From Alphaproteobacteria bacterium (GTDB taxonomy: Bacteria; Pseudomonadota; Alphaproteobacteria; UBA828): a stretch of 64,000 bases of DNA. The first letter of the stretch is position 1. Each line of letters opens with the position of its first letter. The stretch spans positions 128,001 through 192,000 of the forward strand of contig CBDCQT010000013.1 in assembly GCA_965220745.1 (NCBI GenBank). The letters run 5' to 3'. Positions 1 through 9,404 of the stretch are shown here, in pieces. A program made the position numbers and the translations under genes. The notes beneath the pieces are model-generated. The model was not told the origin of the DNA. It made no database searches and saw only the letters and a list, made by a program, of their open reading frames with translations.

Positions 1-712
1 GCTCGACGAACTCGTCGCCCACGTCCTCCCCATAGCTCGCGCTCACGGCCTCGATTGCACTTGCCGCGGGCCGGCCCTCTCCGGAGACCACCGCGTCATA
101 GGCCCGCGCGGTCCGCTCCCAGCGCCGGTCCCGGTCCATGGCGTAGTAGCGGCCGGCAACCGTCGCGATCCGCACGTTGGGCAGGTCGTCAAGTAAGTCT
201 TCGAATGCCGGCAGATCGTCGATGGCCGAACGCGGCGGCACGTCGCGGCCGTCGAGGAAGGCGTGGACCCGGACCGGAATGTTGTGGTCGCTCAGGATTC
301 GCGCGAGAGCCGTCATGTGATTCTGGTGCGAATGCACGCCGCCCGGCGAGATCAGTCCCATGAGGTGACAGCGCCCGCCGCTCTCCTTCAGCCGCCGGAT
401 GAGCGAGAGGAGGGCTGGGTTCTGTGCGAGCGAGCCGTCAGCCACGGCCGCGTCGATGCGAGGCAGGTCCTGCAGGATCACCCGGCCTGCGCCGATGGTC
501 ATGTGGCCCACCTCGGAGTTGCCCATCTGGCCTTCGGGCAGGCCCACGGCGCCGCCGGCGGTGGCGAGCAGGCCGTAAGGGCGCGCGGCGCACAGCCGGT
601 CCCACACCGGCGTCTCGGCGAGCGCGATGGCATTGTGCTCGGTCTCGGCCCGATGGCCCCAGCCGTCCAGCACGCAAAGGACGACGGGTCGATATGCGGT
701 CTTTTGGGCCAT
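1..712 (-). CDS. gpmI: 2,3-bisphosphoglycerate-independent phosphoglycerate mutase (N-terminal part; runs off window)
   Basis: Manual translation from ATG at 712: MAQKTAYRPVVLCVLDGWGH...GLPEGQMGNSEVGH...GGVHSH...HAFLDGRD, all iPGM motifs. Confidence 0.93.
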   Translation of the reverse strand, partial: MAQKTAYRPVVLCVLDGWGHRAETEHNAIALAETPVWDRLCAARPYGLLATAGGAVGLPEGQMGNSEVGHMTIGAGRVILQDLPRIDAAVADGSLAQNPALLSLIRRLKESGGRCHLMGLISPGGVHSHQNHMTALARILSDHNIPVRVHAFLDGRDVPPRSAIDDLPAFEDLLDDLPNVRIATVAGRYYAMDRDRRWERTARAYDAVVSGEGRPAASAIEAVSASYGEDVGDEFVE

Positions 713-770
713 GACCCGGCCTTCTAACCCGCCTGCCCGCCGTTGGCCACGGTCGGGGCCTCGGGCCGGT

Positions 771-1292
771 TCAGTCCGAGTCCGCGCGGTCCGAGCGGCT
801 GATGGTCACCGGGGCGCCGCCCGTCAGCGTCTGGTAGACCACGCAGTAGCGCTCCGTGAGCTTGTAGAGCTTCTCGAGGTCCTCCGGCGCGGCGTCGCTT
901 TCCAGCGCGAAGTGCAGGCGGATCGCCCGAAAACCCACCGGCGCGTCGCGGTCGACGCCGAGCGTGCCGCGCACGTCGAGATCGCCTTCGGCGCTCACCT
1001 GCGCGTCCCGGATGTCGATGGAGAGCGCCGTCGCCACGGCTCTCAGCGTCACGCCGGCGCAAGCGACGAGGGCCTGGAGCAGCATGTCGCCGGAGCAGGC
1101 CTGCAGCCCCGTCCCGCCGCCCGAGGGGTGCAAGCCGGCCTCGACCAGTGCCTTGCCGGTATCGACAGAGCACGCGATCTCCGAATCGTCCACCGCGCCG
1201 GAGGCCTTGAGCACGATGAGCGCGGCATCGGCGTCCTCCCGGTAGCGCTCCTTGAGCGGCGCCTGCAGCGATCTGAGTTGGTCGGCATCCAT
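771..1292 (-). CDS. OsmC/Ohr-like family protein
   Basis: ACSGDMLLQALVACAGVT and ERYCVVYQTL two-Cys pattern. Confidence 0.85.
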   Translation of the reverse strand: MDADQLRSLQAPLKERYREDADAALIVLKASGAVDDSEIACSVDTGKALVEAGLHPSGGGTGLQACSGDMLLQALVACAGVTLRAVATALSIDIRDAQVSAEGDLDVRGTLGVDRDAPVGFRAIRLHFALESDAAPEDLEKLYKLTERYCVVYQTLTGGAPVTISRSDRADSD

Positions 1293-1306
1293 GGTGTGAG
1301 TCCTTT

Positions 1307-2659
1307 CTAACGTCGATAGGCGGCGGCGGGATGGCGTGCCGAAAGCCGCGCCTCGCCGAAAAGTTTTTCGCGAAGCGTGCCCGGCGCATAGTCCGATTGC
1401 ACCAGCCCGCGCCGGCGCAGCTCCGGCACCACACCCTCGATGAAGTCCGCGAAGGTGCCGGGCGTGACCGCGTAGACGATATTGAAGCCATCCACGCCCG
1501 CGTCGTGCCAGGTCTGGAACGTGTCCGCGATCTGCTCCGGCGTGCCGACGAGGAACTGGCCCGACGCGCGGGAGCGGATGAGGTCGCGGAAGGTAACCGA
1601 CTTGTCCGGCGCCGATTCGATCAGCCCTCGGACTACGCCCTGCATGGCATCGGTCTCAAGGCTCGCGAGCGGCGCGTCGAGGTCGATGGCACCGAGGTCC
1701 ACGCCGACGCTGCCACTCATGTGCGCGAGGCCGCCTTCGACGCTCGACTGCGCCGCGTAGTCCGCCGCCTTGGCCTTGGCCTCCGCCTCCGTTCCGCCCA
1801 CCACCGGGGTCACACCCTGGAAGAACAGGATGTCCTCGGGATTTCGCCCTCGGCGATCGGCACGGGCGCGGACGTCCTGCACCACACCGGTGGAGGCCTT
1901 GAGGCTCCGCATGGAGGCGAACATGAAGACGCACTCGGCGTGGGTCGCGGCGAACTCTCGCCCGCGCTCCGACGAGCCCGCCTGGAAGAGCAGCGGCGTG
2001 CGCTGCGGCGAAGGCTCCGAGAGGTGCGGCCCCTCGACCTCGTAGTAGGCGCCGGCGTGGTCGATGGGGTGGATCCTGGCGGGGTCGGCATAGCGGCCGC
2101 GCGCGGTGTCGCAGAGCACCGCGTCCTCCTCCCAGCTTCCCTCCCAGAGCTTGTAGGTGACCTCCAGATACTCCTCGGCGCGGACGTAGCGCTCGTCATG
2201 GGGCGGCAGCCCGCCGAAGCCGAGATTGGTGCCAGCGTTGGGCAGGTAAGAAGTCACGATGTTCCAGGCGATCCGCCCCCGCGTAATGTGATCCAGCGTC
2301 GAGATCTGGCGGGCGAAGGTGAAGGGCGGCACCTGCAGGACGGAGCTGGTGAACGCGAAGCCGAGATGCTCGGTCGCCATCGCCATGGCCGGGATCAACG
2401 GCATCGGGTCGTTCGCCGGGATCTGCACCGCCTCGACGATCGCGGTCTCCGGTCCGCCGCGATAGAGGTCGTAGGTGCCGATCACGTCGGCGAGGAAGAG
2501 CGCGTCGAAGCCGCCCCTCTCCAGCAGCCGGGCGAGCTCGATCCAGGGCTCGATCCGGTTGAACTCGCGCTGGCGCGTGTCGTCCCGCACCCAGAGACCG
2601 TGCTGGATGTGGGAGACGCAGTTCATCGAGAACGCGTTGAGGTGGATGCGCTTCTTCAT
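1307..2659 (-). CDS. FMNH2-dependent monooxygenase, NtaA/SnaA/DszA family (LLM class)
   Basis: MKKRIHLNAF start; FDALFLAD, GRIAWNIVTS, SPQRTPLLFQAGSS, PGTLREKLF motifs. Confidence 0.9.
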   Translation of the reverse strand: MKKRIHLNAFSMNCVSHIQHGLWVRDDTRQREFNRIEPWIELARLLERGGFDALFLADVIGTYDLYRGGPETAIVEAVQIPANDPMPLIPAMAMATEHLGFAFTSSVLQVPPFTFARQISTLDHITRGRIAWNIVTSYLPNAGTNLGFGGLPPHDERYVRAEEYLEVTYKLWEGSWEEDAVLCDTARGRYADPARIHPIDHAGAYYEVEGPHLSEPSPQRTPLLFQAGSSERGREFAATHAECVFMFASMRSLKASTGVVQDVRARADRRGRNPEDILFFQGVTPVVGGTEAEAKAKAADYAAQSSVEGGLAHMSGSVGVDLGAIDLDAPLASLETDAMQGVVRGLIESAPDKSVTFRDLIRSRASGQFLVGTPEQIADTFQTWHDAGVDGFNIVYAVTPGTFADFIEGVVPELRRRGLVQSDYAPGTLREKLFGEARLSARHPAAAYRR

Positions 2660-2795
2660 CGGCGTCCGCCTCCGGGGTCGCGAACCAGCATGGCACGCCC
2701 GCGCCGGCTGCGAAATGCGCGTGACGTGCCGGCGAGATTGCCCATTCTGTATGGTCGAAATCCTCGAGTCGTTGCGGTGACCGGCGGGGGAGGCG

Positions 2796-3593
2796 ATGGC
2801 GGAAGATCGTGCGGCAAGCGGGACAGTCGGCGTGAAGGGCAAGGTGGTGCTGATCACCGGGGCATCGCGCGGCATCGGCGCATGCTGCGTGCGCGCGCTG
2901 CTCGATGGCGGCGCGTCCGTCGTCATCCACTACAACCATAACCGGGAGGCGGCGGAGGTGCTGGCCGAAGCGGCGCCCGATCGCTGCCACCTGGTGGGGG
3001 CCGATCTGACCGATGAGGAGGCGCCCAAGACGCTCTGGCGAGAGGCGATCGCCTGGCAGGATCGGATCGACGTGCTGGTCAACAACGCGGCGGTCTACGA
3101 GGCGGAGCCCGCCTTCGCCGAAGACGACGCCTGGCCCGAGGCTTGGCGCGCGGTCTGGCAGCGCACGCTGCAACTCAATCTTCTGGCGCCTGCCGAGCTT
3201 GCCACGCGCGCCGTCGCGCACTTCCGCGAGCGCGGCGAGGGCGGCATCCTGATCCACCTTTCGAGCCGGGCCGCGCATCGGGGCGAAAAGCCGCTGCTCG
3301 GCTCCTATGCGGCCAGCAAGGGCGCCCTCAACGCGCTGAGCCATACCCTCGCCCGCACCCACGGCGGCGACGGCATCCTCTCCTACGCGGTGGCGCCGGG
3401 CTGGGTCGGCACCGACATGTCGTGGGACTACATCAACGAGACCGGCGATCGCGGCCCGCTCGGCGAGAACGCTCTGGGCACGCTGATCCCGCCCGAGGAG
3501 GTGGCGAACATCGTGACCTTCCTCGCCTCGGGCGCGGCCCGCCACGCCACAGGTACGGTCATCGATATCAACGGCGCGTCTTTCCCGCGCTAG
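2796..3593 (+). CDS. SDR family NAD(P)-dependent oxidoreductase
   Basis: TGASRGIG, NNAA and YAASK motifs. Confidence 0.9.
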   Translation: MAEDRAASGTVGVKGKVVLITGASRGIGACCVRALLDGGASVVIHYNHNREAAEVLAEAAPDRCHLVGADLTDEEAPKTLWREAIAWQDRIDVLVNNAAVYEAEPAFAEDDAWPEAWRAVWQRTLQLNLLAPAELATRAVAHFRERGEGGILIHLSSRAAHRGEKPLLGSYAASKGALNALSHTLARTHGGDGILSYAVAPGWVGTDMSWDYINETGDRGPLGENALGTLIPPEEVANIVTFLASGAARHATGTVIDINGASFPR

Positions 3594-3640
3594 CAGGCGT
3601 GAGCCAGTCGTGGAAGGCGCGACAACCACGGAGGACAACC

Positions 3641-4750
3641 ATGAAGGCAACCACAGGCGCAGCGATGCTGGCCACAATTGGTCTGCTGGCACTTCCGGCT
3701 TGCGTGCACGATAACGGGGACGGCGCTTCAGACCGTCCAACGACCGGCGAAATGGACGAGTCCACGGAAACTTTCGACGATTTGCGCGGGACCAACGCGG
3801 CCGAAATCCTGGACGTGACCGGCGAGGCAGCAATTTCGCTGCCCCAATTCGGAGGCGGAGGCGTTGTTCAGTCCGCAGGCGTTGGCGTAGCGGGCGCTTC
3901 CAGCGTTTCCACGAGCTTCGACGGCACTGACTTGACCGTCACGATATCGCGCGAGGATGGCAGCGCGCTGACGCTGAACTCGGGGAGCGACTCGTCCGAG
4001 GGTTCCGAAACCGTCGACTCGCCCATCGCCGGCCACGGCGCTCAAAGTTGGGTCCTGTTTGAGCCCACCACCGACGGCATGTCGGTCGCGATCGCCACGG
4101 TGACCGCGAACGAGGACGATGTGGCCGATTACCTGACCGTGGGTCATTGGATGCACATCGCTGTCGATGTGGCCGAATTCAGCTTCACCGGCGCGGAGAT
4201 CGGAGCGTTCGTCGATGGCCCCGAGCTCTCCTTTGCCTCGCCGGCCAATCTGCCTGCCGGGGGAACGGCGTCATATTACGGGCCGGCATCGGGCGCCTAC
4301 AGCGTCCTTCACGGCACCGACACGGGGGTCATCCCGGGTTCGACGGAGAGCGGCATGTTCAACTCGACCGTCGAGCTCGCGGCCGATTTCGCAGCCAACA
4401 CCATCTCCGGATGTGTGGGCTGCAGCGATGGGGTTGCACTGTTCGGGGAACATTACGACGCAGACACCGGTGAGAGCACCCAAGTCATGTTCGAGGATTC
4501 GGGTTACCGGCTGCACCTCGATCCCACCATTCTCGTCTCCGACGGCGCCTTCCTCGGTCAGCAGATGCGTCTGGAGCACCCGGACATTTCGATCGCGAGC
4601 ACGGAGGGTGCTTGGGGCGGTCGATTCTCGAGTATTGCGGACGGCGTCGGCGATCCCCGCCTGGTGGCCGGCACCTTCGGCGCCGAGGCGACCAGCGCCG
4701 GCGGGAGCGAGGGCGCCTTCCTCGGCTCCTTCGTCGGCACGAAGGAATAG
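3641..4750 (+). CDS. Putative surface lipoprotein with TbpB-like C-terminal beta-barrel
   Basis: RBS GGAGG before ATG 3641; lipobox LPAC; 'LPAGGTASYYG', 'LAADFAANTISG', 'GAWGGRF...VAGTFG' pattern. Confidence 0.6.
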   Translation: MKATTGAAMLATIGLLALPACVHDNGDGASDRPTTGEMDESTETFDDLRGTNAAEILDVTGEAAISLPQFGGGGVVQSAGVGVAGASSVSTSFDGTDLTVTISREDGSALTLNSGSDSSEGSETVDSPIAGHGAQSWVLFEPTTDGMSVAIATVTANEDDVADYLTVGHWMHIAVDVAEFSFTGAEIGAFVDGPELSFASPANLPAGGTASYYGPASGAYSVLHGTDTGVIPGSTESGMFNSTVELAADFAANTISGCVGCSDGVALFGEHYDADTGESTQVMFEDSGYRLHLDPTILVSDGAFLGQQMRLEHPDISIASTEGAWGGRFSSIADGVGDPRLVAGTFGAEATSAGGSEGAFLGSFVGTKE

Positions 4751-4812
4751 ACGCCCGGCCAGCACCGCGATATCGAACGTGCCGGCAGGCTGGCGAGAGA
4801 GTGGAGGCGGTG

Positions 4813-5099
4813 ATGAACGAAGCGTTCACGAAGTGGGATGTTACCGAGCACATCCGGACCCGCGAAGACGCGCGCCTCTACCTGGAAGCCTGCGCGGAAG
4901 AAGATCCGGGCGACGGCAGTCTGGTCCGCGCCGCTCTGAACGACATCGCGCGGGCGGGCAACATGAGCCAGTGGCCCGCGACGCGGGAATGAGCCGCGAG
5001 GGGCTCTACAAGGCGCTATCCGAGGATGGGAACCCCAGCTTTGCGACAGTGACGCGGATCGCACGGGCGCTGGGATTGCAGGTACGGATCACGGCGTAG
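4813..5099 (+). pseudogene. Addiction-module antidote (HTH antitoxin, HI1420-like), frameshifted
   Basis: N-half MNEAFTKWDVTEHIRT...IARAGNMSQ and C-half ARDAGMSREGLYKALSEDGNPSFATV are in different frames; one base missing near 4971. Confidence 0.8.
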
Positions 5100-5121
5100 A
5101 CGCCGCCCCGCCGTCCCAACC

Positions 5122-5910
5122 TCACCGCCCTCGGCGTTCGTAGACGTTCGCTCTCGGGGTGGCGCCGATGCGCCGCGCGATGGCCTTCCACCGAGCGCCG
5201 TGGCGGGCTTCTGGGCCGGCCAGCGCATGGGCGATCTCGTGCAGGATCGTGTCCCTGATCTCGGCCTCGCTCGCGTCCAAGGCATGGGCGCGGCCGATGC
5301 GGATCACACGCTCCTGAAAGTTGCAGTCGCCGAGACGCCGCTCGGCTTCGAGGAAGGCGAAGGTCCACTTGGCGAGGCCGTGCTCATCCATCAAATCCCG
5401 CGCCATCGCGGCGATGCGGGTCAGCCGTTCCGCCCCGTTCCTCAAACGACCCTTGCCGGTGCCCGCATCGCTCAGGCCGGCGTAGGGCACGTTCCACAGG
5501 CTCCGGCCCACCCGCACCCTGGCCTGGGTCGGGTTGAGCTTCACGATCCTGCCCTGAAGCGCGCCGTCGGCGCTGGCAAAGGTCACCCGGTCGCCCACCC
5601 GCCAGCGGGCGCGTGCCGCGTCTTGCGGTGTCAGCATCGTCGCGCGGCGGGCGCGGCCGGAGGGCGAGAGCGCCGCCTCCGACACCTTCCACGTCTGGTC
5701 TTCACCGTCGATCACCGTCGCGAGGCGCCTGTGGCCCGGCCGGCGGAGGAGGTGGCCGTGAATCGTCCGTCCGCGATGGCTGAATCGCACGGCGTCGCCG
5801 ATGGAGAGCGTCCGTTCCTCCTGCCTCTCGGCCACCCGCTCAGTCCTTTCCGGCCCCGCCGAGTCCGCCGCTCGCGCGGTGCCCGGCGCGGGCCGCGACT
5901 CGGCGGTCAT
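5122..5910 (-). CDS. SprT-like zinc metalloprotease domain protein with two N-terminal SH3/KOW-like repeats
   Basis: RRLGDC...DTILHEIAHAL...HGARWK SprT motifs. Confidence 0.8.
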   Translation of the reverse strand: MTAESRPAPGTARAADSAGPERTERVAERQEERTLSIGDAVRFSHRGRTIHGHLLRRPGHRRLATVIDGEDQTWKVSEAALSPSGRARRATMLTPQDAARARWRVGDRVTFASADGALQGRIVKLNPTQARVRVGRSLWNVPYAGLSDAGTGKGRLRNGAERLTRIAAMARDLMDEHGLAKWTFAFLEAERRLGDCNFQERVIRIGRAHALDASEAEIRDTILHEIAHALAGPEARHGARWKAIARRIGATPRANVYERRGR

Positions 5911-6131
5911 TATGCGAAGAATTGTACAGGATTCGACGCCGCAAGGCGCAATTCGTGGGCAGGGTCCGGGGCAGACTTCCCGCCGCTGCCATGAATGCCG
6001 ATGCGCCCAATTTGCCTTGTTTTACGGGCATAACCGCACAATTGCGCACCGGGTGATAGCTCCAAGCCGGAAGCCGTTCTGCGCGTTGACGTATTGACAA
6101 CGGATGCCCGAGGGTTACAAGCCCGGCCGTC

Positions 6132-7400
6132 ATGTTCAGCGCCCGGTGGATTCGCGAGAACGGCGCCGCGTTCGACGCAGGCCTCGCCCGGCGCGGCGTA
6201 GAGCCCCATGCCGAGCAGGTGATAGAGCTCGACGCGCGCAGGCGCGAGGCCCTCACCGCACTTCAGGACCGCCAGAAGGCGCGCAACCAAAAGTCGAAGC
6301 AGATCGGCGCCGCTCGCGCCCGCGGCGAAGATATATCCGACCTCATGGCCGAAGTCGCAGGGCTCAAGGACGCGGCCCAGGCGTTGGAGCGTGAGGAGAA
6401 GTCGCTTGCCACCAAGCTCGACGCCTTGCTGGCCGGCCTCCCGAACTTACCGGCGGACGACGTGCCAGACGGCGCCGACGAGAGCGCCAATGTCGAGATC
6501 AGGCGCTGGGGCGAGCCGGCGCATGCGGACGGCAGCGCGAGGCAACACTTCGAAATCGGCGAGGCGCTCGGCCTCATGGACTTCGAGCGGGCTGCCAAGC
6601 TCTCCGGCTCCCGCTTCGTCGTTCTCTCGGGCGCGCTGGCGCGGCTGGAGCGGGCGCTGGCTGCCTTCATGCTGGACATGCACACCACCGAGTTCGGCTA
6701 CACCGAGACCGCGCCGCCGCTGCTGGTGCGCGACGCCGCCGCCTTCGGCACCGGCAACCTGCCGAAGTTCGAGGAAGACCTGTTCCACACCACGGACGGC
6801 TTCTGGCTGATCCCGACGGCAGAGATGCCGCTCACCAACCTTGCCGCCGGCGAGATCCTGGAGGCGGACTCGCTGCCGCTGCGCTTCACCGCCTACACGC
6901 CCTGCTTCCGGGCCGAGGCCGGCGCCGCCGGCAAGGACACCAGAGGCATGCTGCGCCAGCACCAGTTCTCCAAGGTCGAGCTGGTGACCGTGACCCGGCC
7001 CGAGGACTCGGAGGCCGAGCACGAGCGCATGACCGCCTGCGCCGAGGAGGTGCTGAAGCGCCTCGGCCTTGCCTACCGGGTGGTGGTGCTGTGCGCGGGC
7101 GACATGGGTTTTGCGGCGCGCAAGACCTATGACATCGAGGTCTGGCTGCCGGGGCAGGGGCGCTATCGCGAAATCTCCAGCTGCTCCAACTGCTGGGACT
7201 TTCAGGCGCGGCGGATGAACGCGCGCTACCGCAAGGCCGGCGAGAGGCAGACGCAGTTCGTCCATACGCTCAACGGCTCGGCGCTCGCGGTCGGCCGCAC
7301 CTTGGTCGCAGTGCTGGAGGCCTACCAGCAGGAGGGCGGCGGCGTGGCGGTGCCCGAAGCACTCCGCTCCTATCTCGGCGGCCTGGAGGCAATCGGCTGA
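6132..7400 (+). CDS. serS: Serine--tRNA ligase
   Basis: [46 protein letters not shown] motifs. Confidence 0.98.
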   Translation: MFSARWIRENGAAFDAGLARRGVEPHAEQVIELDARRREALTALQDRQKARNQKSKQIGAARARGEDISDLMAEVAGLKDAAQALEREEKSLATKLDALLAGLPNLPADDVPDGADESANVEIRRWGEPAHADGSARQHFEIGEALGLMDFERAAKLSGSRFVVLSGALARLERALAAFMLDMHTTEFGYTETAPPLLVRDAAAFGTGNLPKFEEDLFHTTDGFWLIPTAEMPLTNLAAGEILEADSLPLRFTAYTPCFRAEAGAAGKDTRGMLRQHQFSKVELVTVTRPEDSEAEHERMTACAEEVLKRLGLAYRVVVLCAGDMGFAARKTYDIEVWLPGQGRYREISSCSNCWDFQARRMNARYRKAGERQTQFVHTLNGSALAVGRTLVAVLEAYQQEGGGVAVPEALRSYLGGLEAIG

Positions 7401-8155
7401 TGCGCGTCCTCGTCACCAACGACGACGGCATCGAGGCGCCCGGCATCAAGGTGCTGGAGCGGATCGCGCGCGGCCTCTCCGACGACGTGTGGGTGGTAGC
7501 GCCCGAGACCCAACAGAGCGCCGCCTCCCATTCGCTCACGCTGCACCGGCCGCTCCGCATCCGCCGCATCTCGAAGCGCCGCCATGCGGTCAACGGCACG
7601 CCCACCGACTGCGTCTTCCTCGCCTTCAACAAGATCATGGCCGACGGCCGGCCCGACCTGGTGCTTTCCGGCGTCAATGACGGCCCCAACGTCGGCGAGG
7701 ACGTGACCTATTCCGGCACCATCGCGGCAGCCATGGAGGCGACACTGTTCGGCGCGCCCGCGGTGGCGCTCAGCCAGGCCTACGGGGATGACCGCAAGCA
7801 CCATTGGGCGACTGCAGAGCAATGGGCCGGGCGTCTCCTGCCCATGCTGATCGAGCGCGGATGGCCCAAGCGTGTCCTCATCAATGTGAATTTCCCTGAC
7901 TTGCCGGCTGCCGAGGTGCGCGGGATCAGGGTGGTGCGTCAGGGCTTGCACGCGCTCGACGACACCCTGGAGGAGCGGATCGACCCCCGGGGCAGGTCCT
8001 ACTATTGGATCGGTGCGCAGTTGCCTGCGGCCGGCAGCGGGCAGCGCGGCACCGACATGGATGCTCTCGACGAGGGCTACGTGTCGGTCACGCCGCTCCA
8101 TATGGACCTCACCCATCGGCGGACCCTGACATGGCTGCGGGAGGTCATCGAATGA
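7400..8155 (+). CDS. surE: 5'/3'-nucleotidase SurE
   Basis: LVTNDDG, GTPTDCV, SGVN.G.N, YSGTIAAAME; follows serS. Confidence 0.97.
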   Translation: MRVLVTNDDGIEAPGIKVLERIARGLSDDVWVVAPETQQSAASHSLTLHRPLRIRRISKRRHAVNGTPTDCVFLAFNKIMADGRPDLVLSGVNDGPNVGEDVTYSGTIAAAMEATLFGAPAVALSQAYGDDRKHHWATAEQWAGRLLPMLIERGWPKRVLINVNFPDLPAAEVRGIRVVRQGLHALDDTLEERIDPRGRSYYWIGAQLPAAGSGQRGTDMDALDEGYVSVTPLHMDLTHRRTLTWLREVIE

Positions 8156-9309
8156 TGGGACACCTGCGTGAGACCGGCTCGATCGCGACCGTCGTGGGCG
8201 CCCCACTGATGGTGGCTGTGCTCGTGGGAGTGAGCGCCTGCGGCGAACTTCAGGCCAGCGTTGAAAAGCTGATGAAACAGGAGACCGCCCAAGTCGATCC
8301 GGTTCCGGCGGAGCCGCGTGCCGCTCCGGCACTGGAAGAGACGATGCCGCCGCCTTTCGAGGCGACAGAGCCCCAACCGGCGCCGCCGCCGCGCGAGAAG
8401 CCGGCGCTGCTGCTGACGGTCGGCGCCGGCGACACGGTCAGCGAAATCGCCCACCGCTACGGCGTGGCGACGGTCGCGGTCATCAAGCTGAACGGCCTGA
8501 CCTACCCCTACTGGCTGCGAACGGGCCAGCGGCTCGCGCTTCCTCGCGCGGCTCGTGCCGTCGCCCGTCGCGACGGGCCGCAGGTGGAGGCGCCTCGCTA
8601 TGTCAATGGAGAACCGGTCCTGACGGTCGCCGCGATCGAGGCCGAGCCTGCAGCGCCAGCCCGCGTGGAGCCCAAAGAACCCGTGCGTACGGTGACTGCG
8701 GCGCCCACTCCGAGCATCCATGTGGAGCCTGTGGAGCCCGCGCCGTCGGTCCGGGCGGGGTCTGCGGCACCGGAGCCGCTGGTTCGGGCGGAGACCGCGG
8801 CGCCCAAGCCGCCGCGTTCCCCCAGTCGGCGCATGGCGCGAGCGGAGCCGGAAGCGACGCCGCCCCGACCCACGCTGTACGCGCTGGCGCGGCAGTCCGG
8901 ACCGGACCACGTGCCGCTGCCGCCCACCCGCAACACCTTCCTCTGGCCGCTCGAAGGCCGCGTGATCTCCGGCTTCGGGGCCAAGCCCGGCGGCAAGCAC
9001 AACGACGGGATCAATATCGCCGTGCCCGTCGGCAGCGAGGTGCGCGCCTCGCAGAACGGCGTGGTGGCCTATGCCGGCAACGAGCTCAGAGGATACGGCA
9101 ACCTCGTGCTGATCCGGCATGACGGCGGCTGGATGACCGCCTACGCCCACAACGACTCCCTCCTGGTGGGGAAAGGCGACGTGGTGCGGCGCGGCCAGGT
9201 GATCTCGCGCTCGGGCAGGTCGGGCGGTGTCTCTCGCCCGCAGTCCCATTTCGAGATCCGGCGCGACGGCGAGCCGCAGGACCCGCTGCGCCTGCTCTCC
9301 CGCAAGTAG
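8152..9309 (+). CDS. nlpD: LysM + M23 peptidase lipoprotein (NlpD/DipM-like)
   Basis: Lipobox VSAC, LysM (VGAGDTVSEIA), M23 (WPLEGRVISGFG, NDGINI, YAHN, HFEIR); position after surE. Confidence 0.8.
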   Translation: MMGHLRETGSIATVVGAPLMVAVLVGVSACGELQASVEKLMKQETAQVDPVPAEPRAAPALEETMPPPFEATEPQPAPPPREKPALLLTVGAGDTVSEIAHRYGVATVAVIKLNGLTYPYWLRTGQRLALPRAARAVARRDGPQVEAPRYVNGEPVLTVAAIEAEPAAPARVEPKEPVRTVTAAPTPSIHVEPVEPAPSVRAGSAAPEPLVRAETAAPKPPRSPSRRMARAEPEATPPRPTLYALARQSGPDHVPLPPTRNTFLWPLEGRVISGFGAKPGGKHNDGINIAVPVGSEVRASQNGVVAYAGNELRGYGNLVLIRHDGGWMTAYAHNDSLLVGKGDVVRRGQVISRSGRSGGVSRPQSHFEIRRDGEPQDPLRLLSRK

Positions 9310-9404
9310 AGGTATGAAGGCGATGGAATGGCTCACCGCTTCCCTCGTCGCGGAGTCCGAGGCCGCGTCGAGGGTCTTTGTGAGAGCGTTGTCGTTCATC
9401 CGAG

